Source of the DNA: Basidiobolus meristosporus CBS 931.73
Taxonomy: Eukaryota; Fungi; Basidiobolomycota
Reading direction: 5' to 3'
DNA: 64,000 bases
NCBI GenBank assembly: GCA_002104905.1
Contig: MCFE01000462.1
Coordinates: 1-64,000 of the forward strand
The position numbers and the translations under genes are program-made. The notes beneath the pieces are model-generated. The model was not told the origin of the DNA. It did not search any database and saw nothing but the letters and a program-made list of their open reading frames with translations. Of the stretch, positions 24,178-36,991 are shown piece after piece. Numbering within the stretch: the first letter of the stretch is position 1; each line of letters begins with the position of its first letter.

Positions 24178-27100
24178 TTAGTAATATAGAGAGGGGTGCA
24201 TGGACTGTGAGTAATTCGAGGTAAAGGCTGCTGGTTTTCCGAGGGTTGGTTGTGAGGTGTCGGGCAAGGGATATTTTGGTTGCGGGGTTAAGGTACCGCC
24301 AGTGGTTGATTGTGGCAGGGCTCGATGGATTTCGAGAGAACGGCCTGGTCTGTCAAAGATCGGTGGAGGGGACCCAGCGGGGTGGTGCAGTAACGGGTTG
24401 GTTCTGGAAGAATGCTGGTTATGCGAATCTTGCAGAGCAGTTTGCGAGAAAGTGCGTGGTGCGCTAGAGGGAGGTGATTGGATTTGAAGTAGTTGTAACT
24501 GCCTGATCGGTTGGGCTTCTCGCTGCTCTACAGCCCTACGCTCCAAATGGTGAGGTTCAGCCACATTCTCCTGCGAAGGGTGTCTGGAAGGAATCGGAGT
24601 CTCGAGCAAATGCATGTGGTGAATATCATGTGTACGAATCTGGTCCCTACCATCTGCACAAGTATTGTGATTCCAATTCTTCACAGGGCCCGACTCTGAG
24701 TGCGAATGGCTTGTATCTTCGTTAAAGTAATGCCTTGGTGCAATTGTGTGGACATCTACCGCCATATTGAGGAGGGACAGAGCATCAACAGCACCACTGA
24801 TCTGCTTTTTGGGATTTATCGGTTCAAATCCAGCTGCTTTACGCAATGACTGGTTGTCATCCATCGGCATTTTGGCTGCATCAACGGCGGGGTTTGAAAG
24901 AGTGGTTTGGACCAATTCAGGGGAGGTAGAAGGTGGTAATGGTTGCTTTGAGGTAGAGACACCGACAGTAGACGTGTTCAGGGCAGTGTTCCTAGATAAT
25001 TCAGCATCTTGACCGCATGCTGCTTGGACTAATAGCTCTAAAAAACTTTCGGAGGGCGGATTGGGTGGGGCTGGAGGGTGGAGGGTGGATTCGCTGCTTG
25101 GGGCAACAGCCTCATGAGAGCGGGGCTGGGGCATGGAATCAAGCTGAACTTTACTACGGTGGTTCGTCTGGTATTCCACGTATTGTGCAGAAATCAATTG
25201 CTCAGATTTGTTACAATCGATCGGTGAGGATACTCTAGACTTCTTCACAGTAGGCTCGGGCGCAACAGAGGCTTCTATAACTGATCCGTTGTGACCCAAG
25301 TCATCCGCGATCGACGGATTTCCTGTGGGCAACACTTCCGAGCTTCGTCGCTTGATTTTCTGCTGCCTGCTGTCCGCCTTCAATGATTCCGTAGAGGTTT
25401 TGTGCCTACGATCGAGCTTGCTCGCCGAGTGGTCGTTGAGGAGCGACGACGATTGAGAATACTCAGTTGTCATTTCTAAGGGCGCTTCCAAAGCGCTCAT
25501 TCCGTGCTTTCTACGGAAATTGTAATAAAAATTACGGCACTGTTCCTCGGTTTTGCTCCCAACCACTTTGGAAACGGAGTAAAAGTCCTGGCCATATTTT
25601 TTATAAGCCTGGAGTGCAACGTGGCGATCCTCCTCGCTCCATCGTGCAGTAGCAGGTGAAGATTGGGGTGGCGAGGGCTTCCTTCGCCTTTCTTCATCGT
25701 TGTCAGGTAATGGGTGTTGACGCTGTTTGGTTCTTGGCTTCCTACGGGGTTTCTGAGACTCGGGGAAAATTGATTCGTCGTCAAACCCTTTTGATCTCCG
25801 TTTTTCGGGAGGTGGAAGGGAGTCAGGCTGATCTTCGGAGATGTGGATCGATCTTTCCGCTTCATCAATGTCTTGAAGCAGTGCGTTCCCTTTGCTCTTC
25901 TTACTTCTCTCAGTTCGTTTGCCAGTCCCTTTGCGCACCAATTGGCGCCGTTTCTTTCCACGTCCTGAGATTAATCCCTTGAAGTCGATGGACTTTTTCT
26001 CGCGGTAGTAAAAGAGAACACACTGCTGTGGATTCTTGTGTTTCAAGAAAGAAGCGATTTTGCCAAATTGCTTGGGATAGAGTAGGTACTTCTTGATGAA
26101 TATCTCTCTCTCCTCATTAGTCCAATGATCGACTGACGTATCGCAATGGTAGTAGTTGTAAGGATCCTCAACCAGGTTGTTTCGATTATCGTACTTGGCC
26201 AGCTCTCTTTTATTTGGATCCAGTATCATTGGCGGGATCGTTGCTGCGGTTCTGACCGACCTAACATCTGGATTTCGCAGATCTTCATGCTCAAGGTATT
26301 GAATGATCTCCATTAGCTCTGCTTCGCTTCTAACAGCGTCCGCGTTGTAAAAGCCTCCGCGTCGTTGCGAGCGAGCCGAAATTCCGTTGGCATTGGAGGT
26401 GAGTAGTTCGTCTTCCATGAATCTTTTACCCCTCTTTCTCTCTCTCTTTTTGTCCAGCTTGATGATGCGAATTCTCCAATCTTCTAAATGCTCCTTATAC
26501 TCTTGCCTGAGCCTTGATTCTTTCTTCTCCAACGTGCTGGCTTTAAGCCTCAAATGGGTGAATATTAGTTTGCGGATTCTCTGATGAGTCTCTATGTTCT
26601 CCGTATAGAAAGGATAGTCTTCTACATTCTTATATACAGGCCCGAGGGATGGCTTCACGTTCGATTTGACCAGAGTCCGATTTTCAGCATATATTTGTTG
26701 GTATAGTGATGGCTTTCTTCCATGCTGCAGTTCGTCAGTTGACGAGGTAGAGACTGCACTGGTCGGATGAGAGATGTCGGGAACCCCAACGACAAGTTCC
26801 CCTTCATTAGGTTCCGCTGGGTCTGTATACTCTTTTTCCCTGAGTTCGGGGGTTTCCTTCACATATGACTTACTAGCGGCATGGGATTGCTTGTTCTTTC
26901 GAATCTTATCCAGTAGAGCTTCATAATGTCCAATTTCCGAATCGATGCGATCGATCATTGCGAAAATCTTTTCTGTTGTCAACGGGTTACCGACCGGTTC
27001 ATCTGATCGAGTCTCAGTGGGTAACACTTCCTGCTTCATTACTTTCGCAATAACGCGGTTCTCTACTTGAACCTCATCTAATGTTGCAGTCTCTTGCGAT

Positions 27101-29224
27101 ATTTCAGGTGGACTTGACGCTGGAGAATCACACTTGTCTCGCCTTGTCGTTTCTTGCCACAAAATCTCACTTCCAGTCGGCTTTACGTATGGTTGATCGC
27201 ATAGAGGTTCCTCCGAATCCACCGACACTATATCAACTATTGTCGAGCTTTCACTTCCTCCTTGGTGCTCATCTGCTATTGAATTTTCGCTTTTCGTTTG
27301 TTCATGAAAAGCACCTTTATACAAGATCGAGCTGTCCGTAGAGGATTTGGTTATTGGAGGCGATACTTCGGCTTTTAGTGCATTACCCTCGGTAACCAGA
27401 GTGTCTGTTAGCAAGTTGTCAACCGGAGCCTCAGAGGCTTGAAGCTGGCAAGGTTCGTTGATTTTGGTATGCTCAGGATCCACAGACGTATCGTTCTTGC
27501 GGGGTGCAGATGCTGTACGCATTGCCTGATCGCACAAAGCCTCAATATTGTCATTCTTTCTCTGGTTACTTCTGTTTTCACCGACAATCTCGTGCTGTAT
27601 GGGTGTCTTATGCGTTTCTTTACCAACAGCCGGTTGGGCCTTGAAAGGGTCGTGATAGGGGAGCGACTTCTCATGTGAAGAGTGCTCGGTAGAGGTAGAG
27701 CTCTGCCTCGTACGCGATGGTTGTCTACTGCTATCGAAGTCCCCACGCGATCGGCTATGGCTTTGCTGCGTAGATCTCTGTCTACCGGGGTATCTCGTAG
27801 ACTCCACACTGCTGCTACGTCTTTCCGGTGTGAGCGAGACGCAAGTAATAATCACGGCCATCATTGTTGGATGGCTCTCGGCGCAGATCTCTGTAAAACT
27901 CACGTCGATATAGATCCTCCTCATAGTATTCTCGATCTCTACCTCCGGGTCGGTAGGAATCTGCTTGCTCAAATCTGTAATGCAAGCCAAGCCATGAGTA
28001 TTAGAGCATTCTCACCTACAAGACTGAGCATACAAACCGATTGGATGGCTCTCGATGCCGTTCGCGTATTCTCTCCGAGCCCCATCGCTGGTGTCCTTTG
28101 TACCTGTTCCAATCTCGACTTCTTTCACGTTCTCTTTCCCACCTGTGTCGATCTCGATCACGGCTCCGATCCCTGTCCCATTCTCGTTCTCGATAAGTGC
28201 CGAATGAGCCCATGCCTCGCGAGGGATAATCTCTTGAGTCCATACTCCTTGAGAAATAGCTAAACTCGCCGCTTCTGTAATCTCGATAATTGTAGTCTCT
28301 TTCGCGGGAAGATCCGGTGAGGTCGTTTGGCGGATAGCCGTGCCCCCGTAAGCTCCGTGGATTCACAAAACTGCCGCTGTGCCTTGGTCTCTCCTGAGGT
28401 AGAAATACATTAAACACTAGCCGGAGCAACAGTCTATCTGCATAATGTACCTCTCTATCGCCAGCATGCGAAAACATCGCATCCATAGGTGCAAAGCCCG
28501 TACCTCCACTCCGCATAAGTACACTCCCGCTATCCGGGTCACGACTAATTACAATAGGAGGTGGACCTTTACCATCGCTTTGTTTAGTATTCTCAAACGA
28601 TGCGGATGAGACGGGGGCTGGATTGTTTCCAAAATTGTGTTCTTCCGTATCGGCGCCGGCGCGACGGTTGTGGCTATGGTAAGAAGTATTGTAGGAATAG
28701 CTCTCATTAAAAGCGGTCCGTTTTTCTTGGTGGAGACCCCTGGCATTCGTAAAAACGGAAGAAATTGGTAATCTTGAGTATGCGTTTCCGAGAGTCGTTA
28801 GTAAAGTGAAGGGTAATAGTCACCTATCCAATCGGTAGCGATGTTGTTCTTCGCGCTCTCTTCTATCTTCTCGATCTCTGGAATCGCGACTAAATTCAGA
28901 AAGAGTAGACTAGATTGAGTATAGAGTACGGCTATATTGAAGTATACAGAAAGTAGTCACTTGCTATGCGAACTACGAAAGAAAATGAAAAGCATACCTT
29001 GAGTATCCATATGGCTCATAACGCTCTCTAGTCGACTGATAAGATATTGTGTCTTGCTTCGCTAACTGAGAATTGAACCGCTCGGTTGGATATATTCTTT
29101 CAAGATTTACTCGAGCATTGTTGTCTTCTCCTGCTAAACGATTTACATGTGAAAGGGTGCATTCCCTACTTTTCTCATCCACAGGGAGAATAGAGCGAGC
29201 TTGAACCGATGGTCGAGTCTCCAT
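24178..29224 (-). CDS. SNT1: Snt1/N-CoR-like corepressor, shorter copy B (both SANT domains in one ORF); one frameshift near 27840
   Basis: Shares GPPPIVISRDP.SG.VLMRSGG, HNRRAGAD, the GPS2-interacting-like region and SANT1 (KYLLYPKQFGKIASFLKHKN) with copy A. SANT2 reads WSEEDRHVALQAYKKYGQDFYSVSKVVGSKTEEQCRNFY. Four 5' introns. Confidence 0.85.
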
Positions 29225-29892
29225 GGTGGATGCTATGTTTGCTCGTATATTTGTTTGCCCTTACTCAAACTCTTCTACTAGAGTAACGAAGAATAGGAAA
29301 ACAGCCCAGGGCTATTCCAATAGGAATGTTGGTTAGGTAATGTGCCTATTCCACTCGTATTATTGGATGGTGCTATGTACTTCTACAACTGTCCTATGCT
29401 GTCCTATCAATGCAACCTCAGACGTATCGAGCAAATGCTGAAGTAAGGTCGAAGCGCACTTGTCTTGAGAGCTCTAGAAGAGAAGTCAAGGTGGACAGTA
29501 GAAAGCTAGAGGTGATGGTAAAAAGGCCCGCGCACGTTCTCTAGAATGGATAAAAAGTGGGTCACTTGTTTAAGTTCGAAACGAAGATAAGAATGGGGAA
29601 AGGGGTCTTGAATAACTAAGCAGAATTCTGAACTGGGAAAAGCAAATTAACGAATTGATCCTATCTCTTAAAATACATTCCAGTATTGCCCTCCATATAA
29701 TTCTACAGACCAATAGACTAGTAGAACCCATCAATATGGTAGTCATGAATAACTCGAATGGGAGGGAGCAATGACTATACTTATACACGAATGATTATTT
29801 ATTCCAACTGATATATATATATATATGTAAGCTTCAAATGGTCAATTACTGATAATAGAAAATCGCTTGCCTAGATAAACGAGGTGGAGAAA

Positions 29893-30655
29893 CTATACGG
29901 GAAGCTTGAACTTTTGACCGCGTAAGACTTTGGTGAAGTAGATATAGAAGAAATCCAGGTAAAGCCCTGTTTGAACAACACCGGTAAGGATTACAATATG
30001 GAGGATGTACCCCTCGTAGTAGTAGCGGTAGATCCAATTCAAAAGATAAAATGCACGATAAGCGCCAAGCGCACCCAGATAATGGGTTGTGATGGTCTCT
30101 GCTTCACCTGTGGTAGAGAGCATATACAGTTGGGGCAGAATGGCTACGGATTCTAAGAATAAGGAGAAGGTCCACAATATCTGGGATAGGTTAGCATCAA
30201 AGCATGTCATAGAGTGGGCCAAAGCCAGCAGTTACCTCCATGACGCTATATTCTGTGGTGAAAAGCAAGGCGCAGACAGCAGAGGGCCCAATCAGATATT
30301 CTAAACGGAAGGTATCCTTGCTGGCAGTATAAGTGGCAAAGAACTTGGTGCGCATCAAGTAGAGGATATATGAGGAGGTGGCCAGAAAGAAGATTTTCAT
30401 GATGGAATTATATATGGAGTAAGTGAAGCTGGTGAAGAGATCCAAATAGCGGGTGGCAAACACCACAAGGTAGAGCACTTGCGACTTGAACGAAATCCCT
30501 GTTGGAACGGAGCGCGAGTTGGTACTGTGCAATGGAAAACTGCTTCAAAAACTAAGCGAAATACCTGAAACCGAGTTGCTAGTTTGTATTTTTAGAAGAA
30601 GGATAATGATAGATGCCAAATGCATCAGGTCTCCAAGTAGCCTAAATATGTTCAT
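29893..30655 (-). CDS. ERD2: ER lumen protein-retaining (KDEL/HDEL) receptor, 3 exons
   Basis: [74 protein letters not shown], ending GQKFKLPV*. Confidence 0.97.
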
Positions 30656-31071
30656 TATGCTGAGGTTCAAGTTATAGCAGGAGCAGCTGTTAAATGTTCC
30701 GCCTTGTGAAATGAAGGGAGCTTTAAAAGAGTAAGCAGGCGAAACTAAGAACAACGGCTCAGAGGAGTTTGACGTCGCATCAAAGGGTGACATCAATTGT
30801 GGGGTTGATGTAATATGCGATAGATGGATATTAGTCAATCGCAAATAATCGTCGAGTTCTCGATACTTTTGAAGGTCTAAACGGTTTTTGGAATTTTGGA
30901 AAAAGAAGTCAATGCGTGTCACATTCCAGCTGCTGATGAAAATGGGTCAGACGCTCGATTCATGATGAAAATAGGCCAGATTTTAACCATTTGAGATTTT
31001 CATGAGTTCAAAACAAACAAATGCACTAGTAGATACTCCGAAAAAGTGGATTCCAAACCTTGCATACTAGT

Positions 31072-34000
31072 ATGAGTTCTGACGGCTGGGTTGGATCACC
31101 TTCTGCTAAATTACGCATTCCGCCCCACGTAGTGTTCCTTATCGATTTCTCCTTTCTAAAGCAGCCGTTTCACACCGCCTCCACTCCTGAAATTGCGTTT
31201 GAACGATTGGTGATCCTATTGGAGAAAGTGTTGGTTTACTTCCATCAATATGTCGATTCCCGATTTAGGTGGGGAGTACAGTGTTTCGATGCTTTGGACA
31301 ATCCTGATATATCGGCTGTTTCTCGAGGCCATTTCCATGAACTTAGCGGGGATGGTTTCGAGCGGATTCTTGTCCAATTAAAGAACGAGTTCAATCGCAT
31401 TATGGCTTTAAAGGAATCAAAGCCGACCAAACCACTTATAGAGAATATTTCTATTCGATTGGCGCAGGTTCTCTCCGACTTTGCTTGGCATGAGAATCCA
31501 CTGTTGAATACATCAAGATTCGAGGCTACTTCACGAGAGAACGAGCTCATACCAGTCAAAAACTATCTGTTCGTGTTGTCACTACTTCCGCAAAACTACC
31601 TAGAAATGCTGAGTTGGCTGGATGGAAAGGTGTTCGATATCTGGAACGATCAAATACGATACTATATTGCCGGACGTAAGCCGGACTTCAACGCACTTGC
31701 GAGTCGCATACAAAGCCATCTAGTAACACGCGGATTATGCGAGGGCTATTCGAAGTCAGGGATATCGCTAAACTGGATCAACATACGAAACCTCACCTCT
31801 TTGGTAATAATCCGCCTTTCAATCAGCGCTGCAATTCATTCTCAATGTCTGTATGTACTATTGTAGAATGAGGAGCCAGATGTATTTGGCGACTTGGTGA
31901 AGAGCTACTTGGGAAATGCATTGGAGGCCTTCGGTGGGGTTGTCATCCCACTGGAGCCATTCTTATCAACATCGATGCATGTTCCTTTCTCTGCATTCTT
32001 CAAGCATTTCCGGAGAAAATATATCGATCCTGTTGCTGGACGAAGATTGCTAGAGCCTAATGGCCTCGCAACAAGGCCGAAATACGCGGATAACTCCGGC
32101 GCAACTACTTTACTCTTTCCCACAGGTAATCTCAACACCATCGTAGGTACTGGATGTTGCCTGACACTTCTTACCTAGGCCACCGTTGTTTGTTGACTAT
32201 TGCACCTCTGACTTCGTAAGATCGACATTGAAGATTGTCGCTTGAATTGCCTGTGTAGTTAACTGGATTATTAGGGATACGCAAACGACCAGACGTAAAC
32301 CCTCTGCCGATCTTGAGAAGGTGTATCATTTCAAAACTGGCGAAATCCTCTATAGATTTCGTCCGTCCTGCTCGTCTTTTGACTGGCTCCTAGGCTCGAT
32401 TGAGCAGACATATCGTTGCTGTTCCAGTCACTCTAATCTAGAAGATGCGACTTCCTTTGTTGATATACTCCAGTTCTTACTGCAGAGCCAACAGGCCCTC
32501 ATCCTTAACCTCATGCCACTGGCTGATATAGATGCGACCAATGAGCCAAGCGGGCCCTCTTCTACAAAAGCTCGATACGCCGTCTTGGAGGCGTTGACTG
32601 AAACCTCTGGTGTGCTCACATTGCTCAAGGAATGCGTAGACGAGCAGCAAATCCTTGCCTTTGGAAATCACATGCCAAAGGTAGCCAACTTCTTTACCCT
32701 TTGCACTGACTTCGGAACCACTCACACAACTTCACGTTCTCTTAGGGTGAAGAGGCAACATTTGGTAAGGCAATAGTATTGCACCCCAATTGGAGCAGCC
32801 GGGACTAAATTCATTGATTGTTAGCTGCTTCATTCTCTCCTCTCTACCTAGAGAATTGGTGGACCGATGCTAACGTGAACGATTTGGCCTATGGTGAAAG
32901 CAGTGAACAATCTGACCTTGTCATTGATTGTGAAGCGCCTACCATACCAGACATCAAATCACGCGAGAGCAGGTTCGTGCTTAAATGGTACAATCCAAAT
33001 CTGCACTTCACTTAGACCCTCCACATCTTTAGCCTAGTTGCTGTACCCCCCATGCCTCAAAGGAAGGACGATAACCAGGAAAACAACCCGCCCAGCAATC
33101 ATGCGGCTGATCAGGATCACACTCTAGATGGCCGAGAGGCGCTTCGAGACGCATACCTGAAAACACTCTACGATAGCAAGGTCAACCCTGATTGTAGTTG
33201 ACCTGCCAATTTTCGTGCTCACAATCTATTTAATTATAGACGCCGTTGCATGAATTTGTGGAGGCAGCAATGGACAACTCCTCCTTGGCCGAAAAATCAC
33301 ATCTCTTCGTACGTACCTCGACCCTCGCATATCCTCATAACTCTTGTATTAACTTCTCCACAGGAGTATCTGGAGTTCCTTTGCACAAACTTGATACTAG
33401 ATCTGCCGACTCTCGAGGAGAAATACAAAGCCAGCATACCGAGCCTGATCAACCGGCGCGAAGTTACCAATTCAACAGAGCTATCCCCACAAGAGCTAGA
33501 CTATATTAAGGCCTGGGCGCGATGCAATGCTGAACCTGATCATAAATCCAACTCCGTTCACGAACTGAAAATACGAGAGTATGTTGATTTATGTAGTTGG
33601 GGTGAATTTTTTGACTCTATACACCCATCTAAAGTTGCACCATTCCAGAGCCTATCTTCAAATTCTCCTGCTGCTGGAATTCATGAGAGTAAGAAGGATG
33701 TTCAAGGACCATATGAAACAGGGAGCTCCAGTCCCTGTGAATGTCGACGAGACCAGGGTCCTTTCCAAAAGCGAAGTCCTAACCAGGCTAGACACATTTT
33801 GGGACCGATTGTTTATCTGGGTTTCCATTGGGTCAGGAAGTCTGTTTTCTGTGGAGGAAAAAGAAGACCCCGGCTACGAGGCGATGAGAAGGTTTTATAA
33901 TCATGTGTGCTACAAGTAGTATCCTTCTAGTGGCGCTCCTTTGTAACCATAACCTTGCCTTTTTGAAATCCTTAACACGCTAACTAGCTATCGAACCAGC

Positions 34001-34773
34001 ATTCCAGAGATCATCAAGGTCATAGTGAAGAAAATCAAGTCAGATATGATGCCATCCACCCCGAATATACCGAAGATCGAGCCAAAATCACGTAGGAGAA
34101 CCAGGGTAATGAAGGATAAGATTCCTAATGAAAGCCCCAGTAAAATCAAGGGAAATCGGCGGACCATCATGGAGATCAATTCGAAACGCAACGAAATCAT
34201 CTTCAACAACCCGCTCTTCAAGAACAGAGAAGTTGCTATTCAGAAGCGGACGATATATGAAGAGAACAGATCCCCAGAAAACAGACAGTCCTCGAAGCGT
34301 GAGTAATCCAAAGCGCAACCGTATTTTAGTGTGCTACTTGTAACATTGAATTGCTATAGGGAAACGTAAACCATACACCTCAGAGCTAGTAGATGCATAT
34401 CCAATGAAGCGCGTTGCAAAGGTATTCACCATATGATGCATATCCATCAATTTAACCTAATCCCTCGCCCAAGGTACCACTCCTCGAAGACTCCCACAGC
34501 TCCACAGCTCCAACACCCATTAGGAGTCGCTCCTTGTTTGGCTTCGATGAACCCAACCTTACAGTAGCACAGTCACCGGAGCACTTCGATGAACCCAACC
34601 TTACAGTAGCACAGTCACCGGAGCACTTCGATAAACCCAACCTTATAGTAGCACAGTCACCGGAGCACAGTCCATCAAAGGTAGGGAGCGCAGACGACGA
34701 TTTCATCCCAGGAACCCCAGAACGTATTACCTCTGATAACGAGGAGGTATTTGTTGCAGAGTCGCCAACCTAG
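31072..34773 (+). CDS. SLD3: Treslin/TICRR-Sld3 family replication origin firing factor, multi-exon
   Basis: The N-terminus HVVFLID...RFRWGVQCFDA...FHEL...LAQVLSDFAWHENP...NYLFVLSLLPQ parallels the Treslin N-terminal domain. The Sld3 core reads AYLKTLYDSK|TPL, LEEKYKASIP, LKIREAYLQILLLLE, LDTFWDRLFIW, NNPLFKNREV. The C-terminal tail is rich in S/T-P sites. Confidence 0.75.
34542..34667 (+). repeat. In-frame 42-bp coding tandem repeat x3 (FDEPNLTVAQSPEH) in the Treslin/Sld3 tail
   Basis: Copies at 34542-34583, 34584-34625 (identical) and 34626-34667 (2 substitutions). Confidence 0.97.
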
Positions 34774-34872
34774 AACAGAAGCCATCATCCAATACCCACA
34801 CCCGAAACTGTAATCTATGCCTTTGTGTAATTCGATCTCATGTATTTATGGGAAACCATCCAAAGCCCACCC

Positions 34873-34882
34873 GTCACGTGAC
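34873..34882. promoter_or_regulatory. Palindromic E-box (Cbf1/USF-type bHLH site) upstream of RhoGDI
   Basis: Perfect palindrome GTCACGTGAC in the intergenic region; function inferred only. Confidence 0.35.
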
Positions 34883-35425
34883 CACCCATGATGGGCGCTG
34901 ATAATGCCAAGATAGCAATTTGTAAATGAATTGAATAAAAGTCGGAGGCAGTTGCCAAGAAGCTATTTATAGGAAGCGCTACAGGTTACGTAGGCTGGCG
35001 AGAGAGAGCATAGAATTCCTTGCGTATGCTGGCAGCACTATTCAGGGTGTCAGGTGGACTTCAAATCTTTGATCAATGCGTATCAACGTCAGCAGTTCAT
35101 GGCAAATAGTGTTACACATTCATTTAGATCAATTACCCATTGCTATCCATTGGCTTTCAAACTGCTCATTAAACATGGGTATGTGTAATGGATCAGTGAA
35201 ACATATTAATGATTGATATTGTAGATGTAATTTGTGCTTATAAGCCTCAATGCATATCATCTCAATTGCGAATATATATGGCCAATCCCTTGACCAACCA
35301 GCTCCCGCCAGTTTGAACCAACCCTCGTCCCTAACCTCCCACTCCCTTAATATTGGTCTGTTGTTCCTTTCTTCTTCTTGAGACCTTTCACCTCGCCTTT
35401 CCTGTGAATTTTATCTATTTTCCCA

Positions 35426-36449
35426 ATGTCTGAGTCATTTGATAACGAAGAGTTGATGCCCACCACCACTGCCGGCTACAAGCCTGGTGAGAAGAAGACC
35501 ATCCAGGAGTTGACTGCCTTGGATGCTGAGGATGAATCTCTTCGCAAATGGAAGGAAAATCTCGGCTTAGGAAAAGCTCCTGGTATTTACCTTTCTCCAT
35601 CTCTACGTAAATCTCCTGTCGCTGTACCAGATACCTAACCACTCCTCAACACCTCTAGTTTCTGCCACAGATGACCCACGAAAGGTAACTTTCCCTTTTG
35701 AAAGCATTCCTGTCACCTATCATGGATTTACTAACGACAACCTTGTTCCCAGGTGATTGTCTTGCAACTTGCCCTGGAGGTTGAGGGTAGACCTGATGTT
35801 GTGTTGGATTTGTCCACCCCTGGTAAGCATCTAGCGGCTTAGTGTTGGTGGAGGCTCTACTAACGCGTTTGAGCAGATGCCATTACCAAAGCCAAAAACG
35901 AAGTGATCACTATCAAGGAGGGTATTGAATACCGACTCAAAGTCAAGTTCCGGTAAGTTGGTTGGTAGTTTCCCAGCCACAACCCGTTTACTAAGTAAGG
36001 TGGTCAGCGTCCAACACGAGGTCATCTCGGGGCTCAAGTTCCTTCAAGTAGTAAAGAGAAAGGGAATCACCGGTAAGCTCCTCAATCTGATCAAATCCAC
36101 TCGCAACACCCCTCCTGACATGTCTGTTCAGTTGACAAAACCGAGGAAATGATCGGAAGTTACGGACCATCCACAGAAGTCTATGAGAAGAAGGTAGGTT
36201 GCTCTTTTCCTCGGAGCATCACGAATATTGGCACTTACCAGGGTTTGTACAGTTCTTGGCCGAGCAAGCGCCCAGCGGTCTTCTTACCAGAGGCCGTTAC
36301 AACGCCAAGGTAAATGGGAAATATCATTGGTTGGCCTAACGCATCTTGCTAAGCCATTCATTTCACAGAGTAAATTCATCGACGACGACAAGCTCACTCA
36401 CATGGAATGGGCCTGGTCATTTGAAATCAAGAAGGAATGGGACAATTAA
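35426..36449 (+). CDS. RDI1: Rho GDP-dissociation inhibitor, 8 exons
   Basis: GYKPGEKKTIQELTALDAEDESLRKWKENL, TIKEGIEYRL, MIGSYGP, APSGLLTRGRYNAKSKFIDDD, WSFEIKKEW. All 7 introns phase correctly. Confidence 0.97.
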
Positions 36450-36991
36450 ATAGTGTATTTAGTCAATGACCTTTTACGAAGAGATGCCCAACCATTTATA
36501 CAATACCCGAATTTCTAATTTCTCTCTTCACGTACTTGCAACAACCCTCAATAAAGCCATTGTTGAAGATTCCACTATAAGTTGCCCAGCCAATGGCCTC
36601 AGGATGGCCCTTCTATTGGCCAATCCTGCTCACTCATACATTGTTGTGGATGGTGTTGCCATGATGTCACGAATCAAAGTGGCTTTTGGGGGAGGGGTAA
36701 GGGGGAGGTGGAGAGCAGCTTGAATGGTAGTGGTCGGTGTGATGAATTGGGCGATGGTGATGGATTGAGCACTGATTTAGGAAGATCATTAGGGTTAGGT
36801 TAGATTCTATTAAATGGTAAACCATCCTTAGTAGCCTGAGTGACTGACGCTTACCTGTCCTCTTTTCTTTCCCTCGCTTTCACCTAATACCACTCCATTC
36901 CCCCTTGACCCTCACCCGCTTACCTCTTTAGTGACCTGACTTGTGTGCGAATCCCTTTCTTTATACCTTTTCCCCTTTCACTCTCACATAC

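Noticed and set aside
27871-27883. 13-nt GTGAGT...TTACAG element in SNT1-B that would restore the frame if spliced
   Set aside because: It is far too short for a spliceosomal intron, and similarity to the paralog continues in the unspliced frame past it.
34452-34706. Antisense ORF with repeated CSGDCATVRLGSSK units that looks like a Cys-repeat peptide precursor
   Set aside because: It is the reverse complement of the 42-bp Treslin coding repeat.
36788-36803. TTAGGG-like tract upstream of the PKA regulatory gene, and an AAACCCTA telobox at 55026 upstream of the RNR
   Set aside because: Only 1-3 imperfect units, which cannot be separated from chance without genome-wide enrichment data.
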